Below, piece by piece: positions 1-6,745 of a stretch of DNA of 64,000 nucleotides. The notes under the pieces are model-generated. The model was given only the letters and a program-made list of their open reading frames with translations, was not told where the DNA came from and made no database searches. The stretch comes from Flavobacteriales bacterium (lineage in GTDB: Bacteria; Bacteroidota; Bacteroidia; Flavobacteriales_F; PHOS-HE28): assembly GCA_017987895.1 (NCBI GenBank), contig JAGNSU010000003.1:22033-86032 (forward strand), in the 5' to 3' direction. Position numbers and translations under genes: made by a program. Position 1 is the first letter of the stretch. Each line of letters starts with the position of its first letter.

Positions 1-341
1 AAGGTCTTGATCAAGTGGTCGTTCATGGCCGTTGACGTGGCCACGTGGAACAGCCGCCGGATATTTCCGGATACCAGTTCCGTAGTGCGGAGGTCGTCCT
101 TGTTCCGCGGGGGCTCGGGATCCACGAAGAAGATCACCGACGAGGAATACAGGACCGGATCCCTGATATAGCGCCCGAAGACCAGCAGTCCCGTGATCAC
201 CCCTGCGCCCAGGATCCACAGTTTCTTACTGCTCAGAAAGCCCACTAACGTGAGGGAGCGTTGCACGTCGCCATTCTTGGCTGGACCAGGGGCTGCGGCG
301 TGACCGCGCTTTGGCACTGCCTCCGTCAGAAGGTCTTCCAT
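1..341 (-). CDS. Partial CDS (5' part only, continues past the window start): single-pass membrane protein resembling the N-terminus of Wzz/GumC-type polysaccharide chain-length determinants
   Basis: The minus-strand frame is open from position 1 up to a TAG at 627-629. It is missing from the ORF track because it runs off the edge. Translation from ATG 341: MEDLLTEAVPKRG..SLTLVGFLSSKKLWILGAGVITGLLVFGRYIRDPVLYSSSVIFFVDPEPP... A TATCTTCG box lies upstream at 418-425. The start could instead be GTG 266. Confidence 0.45.
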   Translation of the reverse strand, partial: MEDLLTEAVPKRGHAAAPGPAKNGDVQRSLTLVGFLSSKKLWILGAGVITGLLVFGRYIRDPVLYSSSVIFFVDPEPPRNKDDLRTTELVSGNIRRLFHVATSTAMNDHLIKT

Positions 342-417
342 TGGGCTGGCAGCTTGGTGGTGCAGGGCCGGTGCGTGGGGCCGGGTGGTCGCGAATAGCT
401 CGGTGAAGTGAGGAACA

Positions 418-425
418 CGAAGATA
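418..425 (-). promoter_or_regulatory. Bacteroidota -7 box (TATCTTCG) upstream of the partial Wzz-like gene
   Basis: The plus strand reads CGAAGATA, which is TATCTTCG on the minus strand. The first in-frame ATG downstream is at 341. Confidence 0.4.
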
Positions 426-668
426 ACGGCTCGGTCCGGGCAGGTCGCCTCTTTGGACATCCCCACTAATGGTGAAATGCACGCTGCCCCCGTCGGTCCC
501 AGCCGCCATGTCAGAAGCCCGACAGGATCGAGCGTGCTTGCGGATGCCACGTCCATTGATGCGAGGACTGCCAGTTCGGAGTGAGCGGCTGGTATTTGGC
601 CACGTGGAATTTTCTCCACATGTTAGCTACCTGTTGCACCGGCCGATCCCAGCGGCCCGGCCCACCGA

Positions 669-1235
669 ATGCCCTCACGCAGCCCCTTCTCCGTGGTTGA
701 TAGGATCCCCGTCCGCGCGGCACGGTCGCACGCCACGCTCGGCGTCGCGCTATGCGGCATTTTTCTGTTCTGGCTTCCTAACGCCTCATCGGCACAATCG
801 CCGCGGTTCAAGCGGTCCACGGTGGGTGCGGCGGGCAGTACGTGTGCGGTGAACGCCGGATCACATTCCTACTTCGCGCAACAGAGCGTGGGGCAGCGCA
901 GCGTCACTGGTCTATGGTCTTCGGGGCACCTGGCTCTTTCGCAAGGATTCCTTCAACCCCTTGGGCGTAACACGAACGCGTCCAACTCCTCCACACTGGA
1001 TGCGGTCCTCTTTCCCAACCCGTTCAGCGCGTTGGTCTCCGTGGCTTTCGGTGAGCGGATCGAAGAGGACCTCTGGGTAGTGGTAAGCGACATGCTCGGG
1101 CACGAGGTTTACCATGCCGGTTTCGGCCCCATGCAGCGGGTCGACCTCGAGCTAAGCAAGCTGGCCAACGGCCCCTACATCCTGCGGATCACAACCGGAG
1201 AGAAGCACTTCATTGCCCACATCCAAAAGTCCTGA
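669..1235 (+). CDS. Small secreted protein with a T9SS (Por) C-terminal sorting domain
   Basis: 188-aa ORF with a signal-like segment (LGVALCGIFLFWLPNASSAQ). The C-terminus FPNPFSALVSVAF..GPYILRITTGEKHFIAHIQKS fits the type-A T9SS CTD pattern. The true start may be GTG 693. Confidence 0.7.
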   Translation: MPSRSPFSVVDRIPVRAARSHATLGVALCGIFLFWLPNASSAQSPRFKRSTVGAAGSTCAVNAGSHSYFAQQSVGQRSVTGLWSSGHLALSQGFLQPLGRNTNASNSSTLDAVLFPNPFSALVSVAFGERIEEDLWVVVSDMLGHEVYHAGFGPMQRVDLELSKLANGPYILRITTGEKHFIAHIQKS

Positions 1236-1238
1236 CGC

Positions 1239-1970
1239 ATGCACCGGCTCCTGTTCCTTGCACTCGTACTGTTCGGCCTCGTGCCCCAAGGCGTTGGCCA
1301 GCAGTTGTACATGGAGGTGGGCAAATCGAGATCCGCGTTCAATTTCTGGAACTCGCAGGATCAAGGGCTGGAGGGATTGGAATCCACCATGCGGGATTAC
1401 GCGGGCCTTGGCTACCGCAGGCACTTCCATAAGAAGGTCTTTCGCTTGCACTACGTGTTAGGCGCCACCTACAATCGCTATGGCGCACGCGGGACAAGTT
1501 TGGACGAGTACAAATACTATTACGATTGGGACGCCATTTTTATAGGCACCCACTTCGGTGTGGAATACGAGTTCTTCACCATTCGGGACAAGAGCAAAGC
1601 GAACCGAGGGCTCACCTTCTATGCCCGCGTGGCACTTGCGCCCGAATTCTTCGTGAAAGGCACGCAAACCATCAACACCCAGGTGTATGATCTGATGGGC
1701 GCGGAGCAGTTCGATTCACCGTACTTCTTCACCCGGTTCGGTGGTGGGGTGAACTACTGCGTCTCCAACACCGTGGCCATCATGGCGCAGTACATGTACG
1801 GCAGGGGTGTGCGCCTTTTCGCGGCGAAGCCGGACGATAACGAGACGCTCCACATCATTACGCACCACCTGGGGTTCGGGGTTTTCATCAACCTGCCGCA
1901 CTGCCGCTATTGCTTCCCCCAGCCGAAACGAAAGAAAGCGAGCGGATCCAGGGGTACCATGAAACAGTGA
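1239..1970 (+). CDS. Putative outer-membrane beta-barrel protein (hypothetical)
   Basis: Signal peptide MHRLLFLALVLFGLVPQGVGQQ, followed by alternating aromatic/Gly-rich strands (GLGYRRHF, GTHFGVEYEFF, FGGGVNYCV, HHLGFGVFINL). It starts 3 nt after the previous stop. Confidence 0.6.
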   Translation: MHRLLFLALVLFGLVPQGVGQQLYMEVGKSRSAFNFWNSQDQGLEGLESTMRDYAGLGYRRHFHKKVFRLHYVLGATYNRYGARGTSLDEYKYYYDWDAIFIGTHFGVEYEFFTIRDKSKANRGLTFYARVALAPEFFVKGTQTINTQVYDLMGAEQFDSPYFFTRFGGGVNYCVSNTVAIMAQYMYGRGVRLFAAKPDDNETLHIITHHLGFGVFINLPHCRYCFPQPKRKKASGSRGTMKQ

Positions 1971-1988
1971 AGAAAAGATCGTACGCGC

Positions 1989-4340
1989 ATGAGAACGTTC
2001 CTCCTACTCGCATTTGCCCTGTTGATGTCCACCGGCCTTCTGGCCCAATCGCACGGGTTGACATACCAGGCCGTGATCCTGGATAGCGAAGGCAACATCA
2101 CCGAGATCCCTGGCTACGATATTCCAGGTGGGAACTACCTGCCCAACAAGCCGGTCGACTTGCGCTTCACCATCCTCAACGAGTTCGGTGGCATCGACTA
2201 TCAGGAGGAACACTCTACCACCACCGATCTCTACGGCATGATCAGCGTGATCATCGGCGATGGGGTGATGACCGGTGAAAGTCCCGATGTGTTCATGGAG
2301 ATCAGTTGGGACGGCACCCCCAAGGACCTGCGGGTGGAGGTGAGCATCGCACCACCGAACGGCACGGGGAGTTTCGAGTTCTTCAGCTTGGAGAAATTGG
2401 TGTTCGTGCCTTACGCCTACCACAGGAACATTACAGCCACGGGCACCATGGACATTGAGGGGGCCACCACCTTGAACAGCACACTGGAGGTGTTCGGGGT
2501 CACTGACCTGAACGCTGCGTTGAACGTGAACAACGGCAGCCCCACCTACCTCTCCGGCGACCTTACGGTGGACGGGGAGACCAATTTGAACAACGGATTG
2601 AACGTGAACAACGGGAGCCCCACCTATTTGAGCGGAACGCTCACGGTGGACCAATGCCTGTTCCTGCATGATTGCTTGGTGGTGGATGGCACCACCGATC
2701 TGAACAACGGGCTGGACGTGAACAACAACACGCCAACCAACCTTACGGGTACGCTGAACGTGAACGGTGCCTCCACGCTCAATAGCACGCTGGACGTGGA
2801 TGGAGCCACCACCCTGAACACCACGCTGGATGTGGACGGGAGCACCACGCTCAACAGCTATCTCGACGTGGACGGCGGCACCACGCTGAACAGCACACTG
2901 GATGTGGACGGCGCCACCACCTTGAACGGCCTCTTGGATGTGGATGGCCCCACAACGCTCAACCTCACCTTGGATGTGGACGGTGCCGCTACGCTGAACA
3001 ATACATTGGATGTGGATGGAGGCACCACCTTGAACAGCACGCTGGACGTCGATGGGGCTTCGTTGATCCACAACACGCTCGGCGTGGAAGGGCAAACCAC
3101 CATCACCGCCAACCTGCCCGGCGGTCAGGATGACTTCAACGCCTACCCTCTGCGCGTGCAAGGGAGCACCCATGGCATCGCCGTGAAAGTGAACGGGGTG
3201 GAACCTAGCTCGAGCACCAACTTCATCACCTTCTTCGATGGGGACGGCACAGCACTGGGGTGTGTGGAAGGGCAGGTGGCCGCCGATGTGTACACGGATC
3301 CGGAGTACATCTACAACAACGCCGGTCACCTAGCCAAAATAGTCCTGGCGACAGGCGATCTGGTCGCTGCGGCCGGCTCCTCCACGGTTTGCGCTGGGTT
3401 GGGTGCCTGTGTCACCGCACCTGTACCATCTTTGATCATCGCCGCTACCGTCGGCCTTGCGCTGGCGGTGGGGGAAGCCGCCGCTTACAATGCGTTCATT
3501 TTTTCGGACCTGGGGATCACCTACGAATCAGGTTCGGCGGACTATGCCGAGTGGCTGGAGCGCGCGGATCCGCTTGAGGCCATGTCCTTCGGAGATGTGG
3601 TGGCGGTGAACGGGGGGCGCATCAGCAAACAGGCCTCCACCGCTGAGCAGTATATGGTGATCTCGCACAAACCCGCCGTGCTTGGCAACATGCCCGAAGC
3701 CGGTAAGGAGCATCTCTATGAAAAGGTCGGATTCATGGGCCAGGTGCCGGTGAAGGTGCGCGGTCGGGTGGAGGTAGGCGATTATATCCTGGCGAGCGGG
3801 TTGGGCGATGGGTTCGGGCGGGCGGTAGCACCGGAGGCCCTTACCCTGGACGATCATAAGCGGATCGTGGGTGTTGCATGGACCGCCTCTAAAGATCCGA
3901 CCACCAGCTTTGTGAAGGTCGCCATCGGGCTCCCCAACAGCAGCCTGGTAACGCAGTTGACCAAACAACAACAGGAGATCGACCAACTGCGCCAGGAGAT
4001 GCGTGAACTGCGTGCCTTGGTGACAGGGCAGCCCGCCCCCAAAGCTACGAGCGTTCCTCAGCGGTCGGTTCAGCAGCATGTCGCGCAAGAGGTGGCACAG
4101 GCTTCGGCCAGTGCGGAAGAGTTCCATCCGGAGGTCACCCGCGAACATGTCGTTTCCGCGTTCGAGCTACTCCACACACAACTTGTAGGAATGGGGGTCG
4201 ATCCGGCCACGCACCCGAACTTCAAAGTCCTGTTCTCGGATCCCGCCACCAAGGATGCCATGATCGGCCAGGTACTGAACATGGCCACGGAGGCGCGTGC
4301 GAAGGGCGTGGAATTGGACAAGCTTTTCGGCTATCGTTGA
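1989..4340 (+). CDS. Tail-fibre-like secreted repeat protein: signal peptide, 12-residue solenoid repeats, Gly/Ala hydrophobic segment, intramolecular-chaperone/peptidase-G2-like module, C-terminal coiled coil
   Basis: Signal peptide MRTFLLLAFALLMSTGLLAQ. About 20 units of the L(D/N)V(D/N)GxTTLNxx repeat. The motif SADYAEWLERADPLEAMSFGDVVAVNGGRISK..MVISHKPAVLGN..GQVPVKVRGRVEVGDYILASG resembles the phage tailspike autoproteolytic chaperone region. A heptad-like QLTKQQQEIDQLRQEMRELRAL follows. Confidence 0.8.
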   Translation: MRTFLLLAFALLMSTGLLAQSHGLTYQAVILDSEGNITEIPGYDIPGGNYLPNKPVDLRFTILNEFGGIDYQEEHSTTTDLYGMISVIIGDGVMTGESPDVFMEISWDGTPKDLRVEVSIAPPNGTGSFEFFSLEKLVFVPYAYHRNITATGTMDIEGATTLNSTLEVFGVTDLNAALNVNNGSPTYLSGDLTVDGETNLNNGLNVNNGSPTYLSGTLTVDQCLFLHDCLVVDGTTDLNNGLDVNNNTPTNLTGTLNVNGASTLNSTLDVDGATTLNTTLDVDGSTTLNSYLDVDGGTTLNSTLDVDGATTLNGLLDVDGPTTLNLTLDVDGAATLNNTLDVDGGTTLNSTLDVDGASLIHNTLGVEGQTTITANLPGGQDDFNAYPLRVQGSTHGIAVKVNGVEPSSSTNFITFFDGDGTALGCVEGQVAADVYTDPEYIYNNAGHLAKIVLATGDLVAAAGSSTVCAGLGACVTAPVPSLIIAATVGLALAVGEAAAYNAFIFSDLGITYESGSADYAEWLERADPLEAMSFGDVVAVNGGRISKQASTAEQYMVISHKPAVLGNMPEAGKEHLYEKVGFMGQVPVKVRGRVEVGDYILASGLGDGFGRAVAPEALTLDDHKRIVGVAWTASKDPTTSFVKVAIGLPNSSLVTQLTKQQQEIDQLRQEMRELRALVTGQPAPKATSVPQRSVQQHVAQEVAQASASAEEFHPEVTREHVVSAFELLHTQLVGMGVDPATHPNFKVLFSDPATKDAMIGQVLNMATEARAKGVELDKLFGYR
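2790..3077 (+). repeat. In-frame 36-bp tandem repeat, 8 near-identical units (degenerate copies extend over about 2448-3110)
   Basis: The unit CTGGAYGTGGAYGGNNNNACCACNCTSAACANNNNN is repeated head to tail and encodes LDVDGxTTLNxx. Confidence 0.9.
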
Positions 4341-4405
4341 GCCCATCGCAGCAACGTTCCACGATCACGTTTTCGATGTCATTGAATTCGCATATACCGA
4401 CCCCA

Positions 4406-6622
4406 ATGAGCCAACGGACCGAGAGCGGAATTGCTGAATGGATACACGGAACGGCCTTCGGGCTTTTGGTCGGGTTATCCGCACTTCCCAGTTTTGGAAA
4501 CGCCCCCCCCATTGGCGGAGCCACCTGCCTTTCTTCCACGAGCAGCACGCCCACGGACAATCGCCCCAAGGCCTTGGCCCGTGCCGGTGATCATGTATGC
4601 GTGGTGAATTTCAATGCGAACACTTTGCAGCTGTTCGATGTCACCGATCCTGCACTGCCCGCGCTCGATGGAGAGATAGCCACCGCCACCGGTCCATCGG
4701 CGATCGCCGTGGTGGGCACCCATGCTTACGTGACCGCCCAGACGGCAGCGAAACTCTTGATCTTCGATATCAGCAACACGGCACTTCCTGTACTCCAAGG
4801 TGAAGTGCCAACGGACGGCCAACCCATCAGCATCGCGGTGAACGCAGGTCGGGCGTATGTGCTGAGCCAGTTGCAACAGACCGTGCAGATCTTCGATGTG
4901 ACGGACCCCATGGCTCCCACGCTGCTCGGATCGGTGAGCACGGGCAATGCACCGAAAGCATTGGCTGTGTCCGGCAACAGCGCGGTGGTGATCTGCTCGC
5001 AAAGCTTGGAACTGCAGGTGTTCAACGTGGCCAACCCGGCCTCGCCTACCTTGGTAGGTTCAGTTCCTACGGGGGACCAACCATCAGGGGTGGTCATCAG
5101 CGGCTCCATCGCGTATGTCACTAACCAACTGAGCAACGATCTGCGGATCTTCGATATCAGCGTGCCCGCCTCCCCCGCTTTGGAGGGCAGCGTGACCACT
5201 GCGGACGGCCCGAGCGCACTTTCGGTCTCCGGGAACCGGTGTTTCGTGCTCAGCCAGAACACGAGCCAGATCGAAGTGTTCGACGTGAGCGACCCGGCCG
5301 CCCCGGTGTCACTGGCCACAGCGGCTACCGGGGCATTGCCCATTGCGGTGATCTCTACGGCGACGAACGCCTACATGCTGAACCATATCAGCAACACCCT
5401 TCAGATCTTCTCCATGGGAGTCCCTGGGGATGTATGCGATGATGGCGATGCGCTCACCGGCAACGATGTGTTCGATGCGAACTGCATCTGCATCGGCCAG
5501 ACCGTGGATTGCGTGGGCACCGTCGGCGGATCGGTGCTTCCCGGCAGCCCTTGTGACGATTCGAACGGCAGCACGGGCAACGATGTCTACTTGACGAACT
5601 GTACCTGTGCAGGCCAAGCGTTCGACTGTGCTGGGAACGCGGGCGGGAGCGCACTCCCTGGAACACCGTGCGATGATGGCAATGCAGGGACCGGGAGCGA
5701 CTACTGGAACGCGAGTTGTACCTGTGTCGGGCTGACGGTGGATTGCACTGGAGTGCCTGGTGGCATAGCAGGCCCAGGAACTCCTTGCGATGATGGGAAC
5801 AGCGGAACGGCGCTCGACGTGTATGGTCCGAACTGCGTTTGCGCAGGTCTCGCACTGGATTGTGCGGGTGTACCAGGAGGCACACTGCTGCCTGGAACCT
5901 CCTGCAACGACGGGGATCCGCTCACCGGTAACGACATCTTCGATGCGCAGTGCGCATGCATCGGTGAACTGATCGATTGTGCCGGCACGCCCGGCGGCAA
6001 CGTCCTGCCTGGTGATGCTTGCGATGACGGGAACCCCTGCACCACTGGGGAGATCTGGAGCGCCACCTGCAACTGCGTGGGCCAACCGTTGACCCTTGGT
6101 CCGATATCCGGGCCGGTCGCATTGGATGGCTGGATGACGGGAAGCTATTCCGTAGCGCCCGTACCCGCGGCCATCGCCTACTATTGGGAATTACCCGATC
6201 TCTGGACCACCAGCGACAGCGACCTGAACGAGACCTTCGACGCTATCGCGAGCAACTACCCTGGCGTCACAGAACTATGCGTGACCGCCGACCTAGGCTC
6301 CTGCACGATCGAGGAGTGCGTCGATGTAACAGTGGTCCTTTCCATTGGCACACCGGAGGGGTACGATGGAACGGAACAGGGGTTGAGCGTGCGACCAGGC
6401 CCCAATGCGGGTACCTTTCTGCTTTCCACGAGCGGATCCTTGTCCCGAATGATGCACATCGCAATCATGGACGCGGTAGGTCGAACGATCTTCATCACCA
6501 CCTACGCAGCGAGCCGCGAAGGAACGCTGATCGATATTTCCGACGCCCGGCCCGGCACCTATCTGCTCCGGGCGGAGCATGATGGGCATGTGACCACAGC
6601 CCGCCTGGCGAACGTGCGGTGA
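4406..6622 (+). CDS. T9SS cargo protein: about 7 LVIVD-type beta-propeller repeats, then a cysteine-rich 39-aa repeat array, then a T9SS CTD
   Basis: Repeats about 41 aa long of the form AYV..Q....L.IFD(V/I)..P..P.L.G.V.TG..P..(I/L)AV.G. Six CDDGN-type units follow. The C-terminus LSVRPGPNAGTFLL..PGTYLLRAEHDGHVTTARLANVR matches the T9SS CTD. The ORF opens at 4337, but 4340-4405 is AT-rich and looks intergenic, so ATG 4406 (MSQRTESG..) is preferred. Confidence 0.8.
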   Translation: MSQRTESGIAEWIHGTAFGLLVGLSALPSFGNAPPIGGATCLSSTSSTPTDNRPKALARAGDHVCVVNFNANTLQLFDVTDPALPALDGEIATATGPSAIAVVGTHAYVTAQTAAKLLIFDISNTALPVLQGEVPTDGQPISIAVNAGRAYVLSQLQQTVQIFDVTDPMAPTLLGSVSTGNAPKALAVSGNSAVVICSQSLELQVFNVANPASPTLVGSVPTGDQPSGVVISGSIAYVTNQLSNDLRIFDISVPASPALEGSVTTADGPSALSVSGNRCFVLSQNTSQIEVFDVSDPAAPVSLATAATGALPIAVISTATNAYMLNHISNTLQIFSMGVPGDVCDDGDALTGNDVFDANCICIGQTVDCVGTVGGSVLPGSPCDDSNGSTGNDVYLTNCTCAGQAFDCAGNAGGSALPGTPCDDGNAGTGSDYWNASCTCVGLTVDCTGVPGGIAGPGTPCDDGNSGTALDVYGPNCVCAGLALDCAGVPGGTLLPGTSCNDGDPLTGNDIFDAQCACIGELIDCAGTPGGNVLPGDACDDGNPCTTGEIWSATCNCVGQPLTLGPISGPVALDGWMTGSYSVAPVPAAIAYYWELPDLWTTSDSDLNETFDAIASNYPGVTELCVTADLGSCTIEECVDVTVVLSIGTPEGYDGTEQGLSVRPGPNAGTFLLSTSGSLSRMMHIAIMDAVGRTIFITTYAASREGTLIDISDARPGTYLLRAEHDGHVTTARLANVR
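5435..6087 (+). repeat. 117-bp (39-aa) tandem repeats, 5 full units plus 1 partial, 4 Cys per unit
   Basis: The unit CDDG(N/D)xxTGxDxxxxxCxCxGxxxDCxGxxGGxxxPGxx is repeated: VCDDGDALTG.., PCDDSNGSTG.., PCDDGNAGTG.., PCDDGNSGTA.., SCNDGDPLTG.., ACDDGNPCTT... Confidence 0.85.
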
Positions 6623-6731
6623 GCGAAGCGCCTCCGGGACCATCGATTTTAGGGCGGGAGCGAGCGAACTCCTTCTGTAACTGCTGAAGCGAGAGGCGGT
6701 CGGCGTGGTTCCAACGCGCTGGTTGCCGCGT

Positions 6732-6739
6732 TACATTCG
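6732..6739 (+). promoter_or_regulatory. -7 box TACATTCG, 6 nt upstream of the polA ATG
   Basis: Sequence reads TACATTCG AGGCCC ATG. Confidence 0.45.
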
Positions 6740-6745
6740 AGGCCC

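Noticed and set aside
342-668. Long divergent intergenic region with fragments reminiscent of a cobalamin riboswitch (GGTGAAAT..GCTGCCCCCG, GCCACG, GAGGACTGCC)
   Set aside because: I could only match short pieces by eye. The expected paired helices and the full B12 box could not be reconstructed, similar fragments appear on both strands, and the downstream genes are not typical B12-regulated ones. An Rfam/Infernal scan is needed before any claim.
2790-3077. Regular 36-bp repeats that superficially resemble a CRISPR array
   Set aside because: The units are contiguous with no spacers and lie in frame within a long CDS. No cas genes are present in the window.
2004-3329. 441-aa ORF antisense to the tail-fibre-like gene
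   Set aside because: It is a mirror image of the 36-bp coding repeats (VHIQ.. periodicity). It has no start context or signal, and the sense strand carries a far more protein-like product with a signal peptide.
1989-4340. Tail-fibre-like gene as evidence of a prophage
   Set aside because: No capsid, terminase, portal, tail tube, baseplate, integrase or lysis genes are visible, and the flanking genes are T9SS cargo and polA. Sequence left of the window cannot be checked.
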